Shown here piece after piece: positions 13,472 through 24,562 of a stretch of DNA of 64,000 bases (its first letter is position 1; each line of letters begins with the position of its first letter). The position numbers were made by a program, and so were the translations under genes. The stretch comes from Balanoglossus misakiensis (lineage: Eukaryota > Animalia > Hemichordata), in assembly GCA_040954595.2 (NCBI GenBank), contig CM082596.2:7952468-8016467 (forward strand). The letters run 5' to 3'. The notes beneath the pieces were generated by a model. It was not told the DNA's origin, ran no database searches, and saw nothing but the letters and a program-made list of their open reading frames with translations.

Positions 13472-14246
13472 GGAGCAGAATTTTTCAGTTTTAAACAAAG
13501 AGCCGCATTAGTGTATTCTGATGGGTTTATTTTCAGTGGTTGGAAGAAAAAAAAATGTAGATCAAGGTCTGTGCACAAAGTGTGTCAGACTCAGAGTGCC
13601 AATTACTTTGGCAGTAAAAATTCAAGGTCTCCATTTCCTCTGTTGGAAATTGTCATTGGTTTATATTGTGGCAGTTTGCGTCACGCAAATCGTAAAATTG
13701 TATGACCCTGTTTTTTTTCCATTACTGCCATGTCATATGGATATTAAAATGAGAAGGTGTCAAGAACAATCATTGACACAGAAAGAAATGAAAGTAAACA
13801 ATGTTTTCGTTTGTAAAAAATGTTTTCATCAGCTTCCGGTCTTGCCTGATCTAGGTCACTGACAATATTAACTTTTATCTGGCTCAGCCGGATTATTGTG
13901 AGGTTGCCTCACGGCTTGCGCAGGAGTAATTCTCCAAGTAATTTCAGTCCACCATTTTATTGTCTTGTTGCATGCATTCCGTCCATGCAGCCAGAGACTA
14001 ATTTTACGACCATTTTGTCCTTGTAGTCACCACCCTGATCTAGTTCTGTGGCAGTTCAGCGGAAAAGTACATTAACTTTTTTACAGCTTCGTATAAAAAG
14101 TTATAGAGTTTGCTGCACTCTTTGTGCGAGGTTGTTGCTCTCGGTTGGCATTTATTTGATAGTAAAAACTGTAGTAGTGAGGTTTTCAATTTCTTTTCAC
14201 TGCTGAGAAAGTACAGTTTAATTGCTCGAAATTGTGCCATGAAGGC

Positions 14247-14317
14247 TAGCCTAGTCCTAGCCGTATTTTGTTAGTTTTGGAAGCAAAGCGGACAAAATAT
14301 GGCTAGGACTAGGCTAC
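14247..14317. repeat. Short hairpin element family G (TAGCCTAGTCCTAGCCGTATTTTGT...ACAAAATATGGCTAGGACTAGGCTA)
   Basis: About 25-bp inverted arms; related copies at about 53560-53605 and 63280-63346. Confidence 0.7.
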
Positions 14318-14908
14318 ATGAAGGTATGTTCACACATGTACAAATCATGTAGACATGTTAGATTTGGTTCTTGTCCACTTTGAAATCAGGACTTGTGAAA
14401 TTGAGTGTCTTCTTGTACACTATATCAACACATGTGTCCACATTACAATTTTGTGCCGTCATAAATTTTAGGCTGGACCTAAAAACTCCCTCCATACCTG
14501 GACCAAATTAGGCCAGGTCTGGTCCAACATACAACGCGTCCACATTGGTCCTCCTGAGCAAACTTAAAACCAACTCAGGGCCAACGTAAAAGTGTTCAAT
14601 GTGAACCCCACTAGCATAAAAATAATCTTATCTGAGTGCGGAAACTCTAAAAGACCTGATAATATCCCGAGCATCAGTCATGGCATGTGTTGTCTATCTT
14701 TGACCCAAATTTGTCTGGTGACTTTCGGAGCAGTTAAAATAAACAATTCAACTTTGAACAGTTGCGTGAAATCTGGACTATTCCAAAAATTTACTCCAGC
14801 TGCATTGTACTGTCCAACAGCATAGTTTCAAAAAAAATATTCAAGTTTCAGATTGACTCAAATCTATAAAAATTTCTTTGCATAGGCCTTTTCCCTTGAC
14901 ATGTACTA

Positions 14909-15102
14909 TTAAAGGTATACGGTCACCTATTTAAAATTAGCTATAGCTACCATGGCAAATTGGGATCTAGCCAATCACAGAATTTCAGTGGGTGGCACAC
15001 GTGAAAAAAAGAGCGCCATCATATGTTCTTTAGAACACTATAATACACCATTTCAGCCACATATGGGCGCATATGTAAATTGGAGGTGACTGTTACCTTT
15101 AA
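14909..15102. mobile_element. MITE family E (TTAA AGGTATACGGTCACCT termini, Kolobok-type)
   Basis: Imperfect TIR and TTAA ends; reverse-oriented homologues at 55118-55308 and 56991-57169. Confidence 0.8.
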
Positions 15103-18100
15103 TATGGGTAACTGCTTGCATCGCTGCACCATTGAGTTTATTGAGTCAGTGGTGAGTCATGTTAGGCTTTGTTGGGTATAAACGCTGTTGTTCTGACTCA
15201 TCAAATCAATTAATCTCTGAAAACAGTCAACGCTTTTCTGATTAAATCTGACAGAGTTGTATTATCATTGTCAGTGAGGAAGTTGAAGTCTGGAAACAGC
15301 TTCACAAACATTAACTTCAGAACTGGCATCCCTATCATTGTAACTTCCAGTGACAGAGTCTACATGCCTCGTCCAGTTCTCTGTGAATTCTTCAGCTAAT
15401 AGTATACTGCAATATTGTTGTTCAAATTACAGTTCTTTCAGGACTGGTCTGTGGCCTAAAATACTGGGGCCAGGGATGTAACACATCCCAACTACTATTT
15501 TACACTGAATCAAATTTTCAGGCTGACACATCTTAAAGTGAAGGGGTCGTCGTGCCGCGTTTGTTTGTTTGTTTATTTATAAACATTACAATTCATCCAC
15601 AAATCCCTGAAATTAGATAATTTTTAGAATGAACGAAGCAGCTAACCGTAGCAAAGACTGGGCATGACAGCAACAGAAGATCCTAGTACTACATGTAGGT
15701 CGTGGCGACTGCAGTGGGGTTTGTGCTGGTACATGTACATGTATGGGAGGACATATTCTCGTCAAGGGGCACACCCACGCGGCACGACGACCGCTTCCCT
15801 TTAACTCCACCTTATACATTCCCTCAGCTGACTGCTCTTGTCCAACAAGGTTTAGGTCTGTCCACAAATTGCTTATTGTGACCAAACTTTATACAACATA
15901 CACAGGGCTGACATGAAGTGTCTTATGTGAACCCTACTACTAGTTGGCACCATTCTGTTATCAATATTAAATTGGGAGATGGGTTGGGGTTGAATATAAA
16001 AAGTTCATTGGAAGCTCTCATCATTTTGTCCGAATCAGTGACTTTTTCAAAGTTGAGAATATAACGTCACAAAAAAGCAGCATTGTTCAGTTAACGCGTG
16101 CAGTAACTGTGACGGAACCATGTAAAGAATGAGATTATGAATGAAATTTGAACTTTGAATTTGCAGGTAGAAGTCCATCTGGTTTCCGTTCACAAATATT
16201 ATTCTCTTCAATACACATGGACCACATTCATGAACTCTAGATGACCCGTTTTGGGGGGTCTTTCAAAATTCAAAATGTGTCACTTTTGTAACTGAGGGGG
16301 AAGTGCACATTTTGTAAGAAATTAAGTGGAAAACCAGGGTGGCCACCCAAGTCTGTGGTTTCCACTTTCTGTAGTACATGCAACTGTGGTTCAATTTGAA
16401 TTTAAAGTGTTGCATACATGTACCTTTAATTTCTTACACAAAGGGAAAATAATTAAGCCAAAAATGTAAAAATACGGGTGACTGTGTTGTTATCACCTGG
16501 AAACTCAGTCAAGTGACTATAGCCGTATGCTTCAACTGTGTTCACTCATGGTTTTGGAGCAAAAGGCACTAAGACTTAAGAAAATTGAGGTGTTCATCAT
16601 TTGTCAGCTTTCTTATCCCTTCTGCCAACCTTATTTGGTTCAGTCCTATTACTCCTAGAGTATGGTTGCATCCACAAAAAGGGAATAGGGGTGAAAGGTG
16701 CTTTGGATATGTGTACCATCCATCTTCAAGTTAAACACCCATCGTTAATGCAATATACCTGATGCACTATATACATGTATTATAATCCACCATTACTTGC
16801 CCAGGCACCAGTCTGTTATTAGCACAATATGAATGCATCACATCAAATTTTGTATATGAATATATGCATAAACAAATCAATCACATATTTTAATGACCAA
16901 GCTAAGACAACACTCCACCTATTTAAGTCGGCACACACCACATGACCATTGCATAAAATGTGCTTGAAGAAAAATTAACACGACACAACTCGGGACATCT
17001 TTGCTAGCTTTATGCAAGCTGATTTGAGATCACAGGTAGGGTGTGACTATTTGTACATGCATTCAAGCTGTGAATAACATTAATAAGCAATGTAGTACAG
17101 CTGTCTGGGGTGGTTTTTTTTTTTGCCTTTCGTGTGTGTGACTGGCAAATCAGAAGTTGACTGCGGGAATTAGGATAAATAATAAGTCCATGCAGAAATG
17201 GGCAGGTCAGATTTGGGTGAGGCGTCACTCGCGGATGTTGACTAGGTTGCCAGCGATGGTTAATTGTCTACTGTGTGTTATAAGGACACAGTGACCTAGC
17301 TGGCTGTAATGTATGGTACGTACGTACGACAGCATAATTCACAGTGACTGGCTATTTTCGTCTGGCAATGCAGCTTGACAGCTGCAGCCCTGGAAAGTGT
17401 ATCAGATGATATCTCGTAAACGTGTACGCCTATTAGCACGTGTGCAAATAGAGGGAGAGATTGGGTCTCCGGAAAAAGAGAATGTCAAATCTGAAGTTGA
17501 GTGTGGGAATAGGATGCTAAAAATTCCATAGGCAGATCTGAGAGTCATATAAAAATATGCCGAAGGTATAAGTTGGTAAGGGGGTTCAGGCAGTAGAATT
17601 TGTGAGGAAGCGATTTGGTGTGTCGATGAAGCATCTGGGAAGCAGCAATAAAAACATATGGCTGTAAAAATTCTTCTTACTTCCGACACTTTTATCTATA
17701 CTGCGGTACAGATGAGTATAAGATGTAAACTTTGTAAAAAAGTACAATTAAGTTGCAATTAACTTCCACACTGTACAGATATATTGCATTGGCACCAAAG
17801 AATTATATACCAGGCCCGGAATGTAGCCTGTCCATGCATGCACCCCTATGCCGCAGTTCTGAGACCAGATTTGTTGACGGTGCAGAAAATTGATAGTTCA
17901 GAATCAAAAAGTTCAGACTTGAAACGGTTTGAAGGATAACCGTAAAATTTGTGTTGATCCAGGTGAAAAAAAATGAAATTCGCAGTCCTGGTTTTTCAGT
18001 CGAGCCATGCAGATATGCCCCCATCTGTCCCCATATTGAATTTCAAGTTTTATAGACGTGTTTATGTTTTCCTCAAGTGAAAATATCCGAAAGCGGTTTC

Positions 18101-18454
18101 GCACTGCCATATGTCGCACCGACTCACCGAGTGAGCTTGCGCTTAGAATGCCATGCCTGACATGCCATCATGCGGCTGGCCACTTCCAATCGTGTGTATA
18201 CGTCAGACACGAATACCCAACTGTATCATCTGACATTAGAGCTGTCTGAGGACCCACATAGAGAGTGTTCACCCTGTTCTGTGTTGTGGTACAAAAGGGG
18301 ACGGTCGATCGCTTTGTGACGTGGGTTATTTTTGGCAGCTCTTCTGATCGACAGATGCAATATGGTTGAGTTGGAGAGAATGGTTCTCACTTTCCTGCTT
18401 CAACTGGTGCATCATGAGAATAATGTGATGAGATCATGCATTCTGTTGTGTTTA

Positions 18455-18590
18455 TACAGTAAAACCTGTCTATACCGAACACCTTTTCCCATCCCTTTGA
18501 CATACACATTGCAGAACCACATGTTAAAAGAACCTATATAAACCGGACAATTCTGTAAAATGAACAACTGGGTTGGTCCGGTCCCTGGGA
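18455..18590. mobile_element. MITE family B, partial
   Basis: TACAGTAAAACCTGTCTATACCGAACAC terminus plus reverse-oriented body. Confidence 0.65.
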
Positions 18591-18929
18591 GACACGACTC
18601 TTATCAACATATAATTTGCATTTTATGTTCTTAGGTAAACCTCTACATATAGCCACCATTATTTTTTTTCTTTTGCATGATGTTCGTCCTGCTGTTTTCA
18701 CTTTAGCAAATTTGTAACCTCTGCACCACACCAATCTAAAATTTGTACTTATACAAATGTACACACTGCCCATGCAGCGTACAAACTTTTCCCGCATAGT
18801 CGAATTCGCAGGTGTCTCTTTAAAAAGTGGGCTTGTTTATTGTAAATGGAGGTTGTTTGTTGTGAACGCAGACGTGTGTAATTGCTGGCCTTGAAAGCAT
18901 CCATGGATGCCCACGTCTTGATGACAGTG

Positions 18930-19280
18930 TTATTTTTATTGGCGCGGTTACTAGCGTAGCAGGAAATGCATTCTTGTTATGACGTGGGTGGGTCCAGGGA
19001 ACGGCGCAATCGCATCGCGAGTGAGGCGAGGCGTACTCTGAATGAAGTCATATAAGCAGGCGTGACCTACTAACCGCTAATGCATGCGGTTCACCCAGGG
19101 CAGTGCCCAGACACAGTGCATTTACAGCACGCTTTACAGGCTGTATAAATACCAGCCAATCAGGAGCCAGTATGCTAATTGCAAGAGGGGACTCAAAACC
19201 AGGGCACTGAACTGACTGAATACAAGCAGAGGACAAAAGGTTACGAGGGTGCAGATGATCCACCAACAGAGGGCGCCCTT
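18930..19280 (+). promoter_or_regulatory. Promoter/enhancer-like block upstream of the NR1D finger-2 exon
   Basis: CpG-enriched; ATTGG, TGACGT, TATAA (19051), RORE-like TGACCTACTAA (19063-19073), TATAAAT (19144), CCAAT (19156). Confidence 0.4.
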
Positions 19281-19295
19281 TTTCAGTTTAGCAAA

Positions 19296-19505
19296 CACTG
19301 TAAAACACTTTATTTTCGCGAGTTAAATTTTTCGCGATATCGAGAGAGGCCAGTGTTTCGCGAGTATCAATTTTCGCATTCTCTTATTTCATTCACTACA
19401 TCGTTATCTTCAAGAACAATTTACGCGACTTTATTTTCACGCTATTTTGGCTCTCGCGTATTTCGCGGAAATTTATTGCTCGCGAAAATAAAGTGTTTTA
19501 CAGTA
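19296..19505 (+). mobile_element. MITE family A
   Basis: Same TIRs and body; lies about 100 bp upstream of the finger-2 acceptor. Confidence 0.9.
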
Positions 19506-19608
19506 AATACTAGTACATGTACATGTACATGGAGTGAATGTTCTGGTCAGCTTAATTCATGCTTTCCACATATTTGAATTTTTTTCCTGTTTTTTACATT
19601 CGTTTCAG

Positions 19609-19753
19609 GGATTCTTCAGGCGCAGTATTCAGCAGAAAATCCAGTACAAGCCCTGCACCAAGAACGGCCACTGTTCAATCCTGCGGGTGAACCGCAATCG
19701 CTGCCAGTCGTGTCGGCTACACAAGTGCCTTGAAGTTGGGATGTCCAGGGACG
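19609..19753 (+). CDS. NR1D: NR1D exon: second zinc finger of the DBD
   Basis: tttcag|GGA TTC TTC AGG ... GAC G|gtgagt; encodes [48 protein letters not shown]. Confidence 0.95.
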
Positions 19754-22700
19754 GTGAGTGGATGCCATTCTGATCATCCCTCCTGCCTCCAAACTGTGGA
19801 TCAACCCTATTGTTTTCAGTGGTAGGGTTGCACCAACATACAAGGAAAGGGGCGGTTGAAGGGTCATAGGAGGGGACTTTTATTTATGCTGCTATAAAGT
19901 TGCATGTACAGCAAAACCTGTCTAAACCGAACACCAAAGGGACTGAAGAAATTGTTCGGTTTGTAGAGGTGTCCGGTTTATAGAGGTTCCTTTAATATGT
20001 AATTCTATGTTGAAGGGACTGGAAAATGTGTTCCGTATAGACAGGTTTCCAGATAAGACGGTCCGGTTTAGACAGGTTTTACTGTATATTGTCTTGACCT
20101 CATATTCGAACCATACATCTTACTTACAGTAGAGTTGATCTGTGCATTTGCCTAAATTTTGAAATTGTGATTGATTGATTTATTTGTGTGTGTAATTAAA
20201 TTAAATTAATGTTTTATTCGTAATCTTACAATTGTATCTTCACAGCTGTAAGGTTTGGACGAGTTCCGAAGAAGGAGAAGGCAAAAATCTTGGCGGAAAT
20301 TGAAAGAATCACAGCAGAAAGGCAAATTACAGTCCCGCAGATAGAAATCAAATCTGAAGTGATTATGGAGACAGAGAAGATGAAAAATTGCAAACGTAAA
20401 GCTGATATGCTGAGCCAACAACATTCCAGTCTGCACCAACTCCACCATCGAGTCCACAAGGCCACCATGCAGGGTGGACCGGAGGGGGAGCAACTGAAAA
20501 TAGAACAGCCGCAAAGTCTGCCGTTGCCACCATCGTCCTTCCCCGTGTCGCTCTCGACGCCCGCGATGCCGTGTTCGCTGTTGACGACGAGCGCGTCGGA
20601 GCCAGTTGCGAAGAAATGTCGCCGCGCGGTACCCCAAGCGATGATGATGCACAAGTCGGACACGTTCCCCGTCAGATTGGAGAAGGCCGTTCCGCCGCAG
20701 CCGAAGATAAACGCGGCCGTGCCGAATTTCAGAATCGAGAGCGACGTGGAGAAACAGGCGGTGTTTGTCAATGCAATAGCCATGGCGCACTTGGAGACAA
20801 ACTGTCTGCTTCCCAAAGAAACCCTTATCAGTAAACATCCCCAGTTGAACGGTAACATCAACAGACCTTTTGTGGTAAGTCTTAAACTAATCAGTTTTAA
20901 AATAATTGTACAAAATTTGCCATCTCATACAATGGGTTGAGCAGGTGTGAGCGACTTTGACTCAAAATTCTAGTAACGAAATTGCAGTTTACACTAGTAA
21001 TAACATCTTTGCCATTATTTTTTCCAGCTATGTCCATTGGTAAGTAACGGTATTGTCATGGAAACAGCCAACTCTCATACCAGCATCTGGGAGACATTCA
21101 CCGACAGATTTACAACAGCCATCAAACATGTGGTTGAATTTGCCAAACGTATTCCAGGCTTTTCTGACATCGATGCAAATGATCAGGTGAGTGCTGAGCT
21201 GACATTTCAACGTCATACAGTTCCTCAAACAAATGAGACGTCTTTACAGCAAAATGTATCAGAAATACAGGAACGGAAAAACAAAAGAACACAGGAATGT
21301 AAAAACAAAAGAACTAAAGTTCAAAAGTTGAGGGCGCTAGGAATAAATTTGTTTGCAGCCCAGTCATCCATTAGATGCTTATTGAAGATTTCCATATCAT
21401 ATGAAAACTGAATAAGGCTTTTTAGAATTCTCTTTCATGTTAAACTGTATACAATGACCATCAGACGCAATAAAATTGCTGTTGGCAATAAAACTTGCCG
21501 TGGGAATAATTTGCGATTTGTAACTTTATTGACAATAATTCTCATTTGATTTTACAGGTGACTCTGTTGAAAGCCGGATGCTTTGAGGTTCTGTTGCTTC
21601 GACTGTGGAAACTATTTGACACGGAAAAGAAGACGTTAACCTTTCTAACGGGTCAAAAGTTAACACAAGAGGAGCTGCATAAATTGGGTAATGTTTGTTT
21701 CATTTGCCAGCTATGGCAAAATATTCCAGACCCTTCAGAGTTTTCTCAAAACAAAAGTTTGATTTGATTTTTTATCACAGATAACCCCTTTTAAATCTGC
21801 AAATACAACAAAGAAGTCCTTGATCATTCTAACCCTTTCACCACCATGGTTTAGTTGAAATCCATTGTTTCTATGTCATAGTTGGACCTCTAAAGAAGGA
21901 TATTGGGGTGTAAAGGGTTAAGTTGCTATGTGTCGGTATGTTTGATAATGCAATATAACAATAGGAGATGTCTTAGTTCAAACCCCCCTCCCCCTCCCCC
22001 TCCCCCTCCCCCACTTGAGTACAGATATTGACAGATGATGTGTTTGGCTTTTGCCTCCAGGTCTTGGTAAACTTCTCGACAACATGTTTGATTTCGCCGA
22101 TCGGCTGAACACTTTACGACTCATCGACTCCGAGGTGGCATTGTTTGCAGCAGCAGTACTCGTATCATCAGGTAAGCTTTCATTTTCATGATTTTATTTT
22201 CCCCCTTAGATTAGTACATCGAAATAAGCTTACTGATAGGTATACATGAACATCTCATCGACGCCTGATTGTGGCTGTATGTTGCAATTTGAACATGCTA
22301 TATATTAAATGGGTGCCGCACCCATTTAATCAGTCTCCATACAAACAGTATGCAGCTATCGTTGTATGCGTCACCAAGAGATGACAAACTGATGCAAGTA
22401 CAAGTAATAGGGCTTAATGGTGCGAATTTAAAGGATATGGTATAGATTTGAAGTATTTTATTGTGGGAAAAAATATATGAAATTTGGCAGCTCCAGAGGC
22501 TTTAGCAAGTTTTCTTAGTGTTTTTCTCCAAGACAGAGCACCATGATGATGTAAGCAAAGTGAACCAATTTGCATCATGATATAATCCAATATGGCTACA
22601 CCTATGTACATGTAGTTGCTGCACCTTTCTTGTATAACACAGTTTGAATCACGTTGTAAATGGAAATATGTGGTAACGTGCTCATTGGAAATGTAACAAT

Positions 22701-23463
22701 TGTGCTTGTTTCAGATCGTGATGGACTGAAAGACCCCAAGGCAATATCTCAGTTACAGGAGAAGATTGTCCACGCCCTCAAAGTCCTCATGGCGCAGAAC
22801 CACCCGGGCGACGTCACCGCCTTTGCGAAACTCCTCGTTCGTATCCCGGATCTGCGGAACATGAACCGCGTTCATTCCGAGAAACTCTTGTTGTTCCGGA
22901 TGGATCCGTTCTCGACGGGAAACGGGGGTCTGCAGAAATTTGACCTGAGCAGGCTGCAGGAGATGAAGTTCAACGGTCGCTCGCAGGAAAGGGATCTCGT
23001 GGCCGCGTCGTCGCTCCTGACAACGCCGACGAGTGCATCATCGCTACCGGCAACCGCGCATCACAATGGCCACCCGGCAGTTTCTCCGGTTCCCATCCTG
23101 CAGAGGCAGAACCACAACGGCGGTGGAGGTCAGGCCGACCTCCTCAACAACGCGTTCCCCACGCACCACCACCACGGCCCCATCACGCTGAGTTCGTGTC
23201 CGGTCCGGGTCAAGACGGAGCCCAAGGATGCTTACAGCAAGGGCTTCATCAGCCACCCGTCGTCGGGAATCACCAAAACCCACGAGAGGAAAGTCCACCA
23301 GCATCTCTGCAACGAACTGCTGGCCGACCACAGACCGGTCACCGTCAAAGTGGAAGGCATGGGACACGCCACCAGCAAAGTTGTCTGGTCAGTGCCGACG
23401 CAGATATCGTCGTTGGCAACGATAAAAACCGAACCGCTTAACCTGACGACCAGGAAATTTTAA
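19609..23463 (+). CDS. NR1D: Rev-erb/E75-like nuclear receptor (NR1D), 5'-partial. Exons 19609-19753, 20246-20874, 21028-21186, 21558-21687, 22061-22171, 22715-23463 (640 aa from zinc finger 2 to stop)
   Basis: Exons join in frame at GT-AG junctions. Diagnostic peptides: [16 protein letters not shown]...[87 protein letters not shown]. No helix 12. Confidence 0.93.
19907..20086. mobile_element. MITE family B (TACAGTAAAACCTGTCTAAACCG termini, TA-flanked)
   Basis: About 23-bp TIR; related copies at about 1400-1792 (interrupted), 2656-2720, 18455-18590 and 24720-24775. Confidence 0.85.
20246..20874 (+). CDS. NR1D: NR1D exon: C-terminal extension (GRIP box) and hinge
   Basis: cacag|CT GTA AGG TTT GGA ([16 protein letters not shown]) ... 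TTT GTG|gtaagt; matches ORF 20290-20940. Confidence 0.93.
21028..21186 (+). CDS. NR1D: NR1D exon: Cys-Pro motif and LBD helix 3
   Basis: ttccag|CTA TGT CCA TTG ... GAT CAG|gtgagt; LCPL...[34 protein letters not shown]. Confidence 0.92.
21558..21687 (+). CDS. NR1D: NR1D exon: LBD helices 4-6
   Basis: ttacag|GTG ACT CTG ... TTG G|gtaatg; [21 protein letters not shown]. Confidence 0.93.
21829..21921. mobile_element. MITE family D in an NR1D intron
   Basis: TAACCCTTTCACCACCATGG...GGGGTGTAAAGGGTTAA. Confidence 0.8.
22061..22171 (+). CDS. NR1D: NR1D exon: LBD helices 7-8 (not in the ORF track)
   Basis: ctccag|GT CTT GGT AAA ... TCA G|gtaagc; [37 protein letters not shown]; phases match both neighbours. 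Confidence 0.92.
22306..22504 (+). repeat. Dispersed repeat family F, in the last NR1D intron
   Basis: Homologous to 13263-13471. Confidence 0.78.
22715..23463 (+). CDS. NR1D: NR1D last coding exon: LBD helices 9-11 plus long F domain
   Basis: tttcag|AT CGT GAT GGA (DRDGL); [12 protein letters not shown]; open to TAA at 23461-23463. Confidence 0.93.
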
Positions 23464-24376
23464 AACAAAAAACAAAGAATATATTATTATATTTGTGATG
23501 AAATCACATTAAGCATTACTCAGTAGTTTTTACTGTAAAACATTTCAAGACTGCTGAAGTCTGTATCATACAGTATCTCTGTCTGAATTAGAACAACTGT
23601 TTTTTTTAAAAAACATGAATATAATAGATGGTTCTAAGCCAAGTATTTAACAACTAAAAGTGTGGTTTGGAACTCACATAGAGAGAGCACATGATAATCA
23701 TAAAATGAGATGTTGCTGCTTGATAACTAAATTGATGTAACCATCCTTTTTTTCTGATATTATATAAAACTCATTGCACAGAGGAAAGGTGATTTGTCAG
23801 ATCAACCTTGTATAAAGAGAATTTGCTCTGCTTTTAATTTTTCACTTTTGATTTCTCAAAAACAAATGTTTGACAAGGGTTTGGGGTAGGTGGTTTATTC
23901 AATGTACTGTCATTGCAAGCTTGAATGTTGACAACTTTCTGTACGCATAATTAATTAATATAAAACATAATGAGACTGAAGTTTTCTCTGTCATTGCATA
24001 TTATCTTAATTTATGCAAACTTGACGCATCAAAATTTCTGATTCACTATTAGTATAATTTATGCAAAATATTTTCTTATCGAAGATTAGTATAATTTATG
24101 CACAAAATTATTGAGAGTTAATTTGCGATCCTCTTAAAATCTATTCTGGTAGGGCTTTTTAAAGATTAATTGATGTATTCTGTTTAGGTACAATGTAGGA
24201 TCTAATAGCAGTTACCCCAAAGTCGCAAGAGAGATCCAAGTTCTATAAACATTAATTGAGATGCAGCAAAAGCTACACCTTATAATAGAGAAATGAAGTG
24301 GATAGAATACAAGCTTCTGTATTACAGGAATTGGCTGCTTAACTGTGGTATATATAGTGTAATCTCAAGCTTTCAT

Positions 24377-24562
24377 TTAAAGGGACAAAGTCTCTCCCTC
24401 GCTGCCCTTTTTCCATTAATTACGTTTGATACAAAACACTGTTTATGTTATTCTTAATATAGTGAATCAATGTTCGACACTCACAACTTCCATCCCGTTT
24501 GTAGGATATGAGAGTAAAAATCTCGCCCAAAATGAATAAATGGTAGAGACCGATTATTCATG
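24377..24562. mobile_element. Family C half element (single arm)
   Basis: Matches one arm of the full copies. Confidence 0.8.

Larger units (their letters stand above)
8781..14711. promoter_or_regulatory. Cluster of consensus RORE/RevRE monomer sites (WAWNTRGGTCA)
   Basis: Perfect matches at 8781-8791 (+), 11811-11821 (-), 12654-12664 (+) and 14701-14711 (-); one-mismatch sites at 9555 and 13848. Confidence 0.55.

Noticed and set aside
19179-19577. Recurring ORFs such as KTLYFRELNFSRYRERP and REATVSRVLIF (also at 1462, 4712, 49561, 55709)
   Set aside because: Translations of family-A MITE copies, not proteins.
20206-20861. Two roughly 210-aa antisense ORFs over the NR1D hinge exon (and similar ones at 23044, 34468, 35478, 36398)
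   Set aside because: Shadow ORFs of GC-rich coding exons with no recognisable domains.
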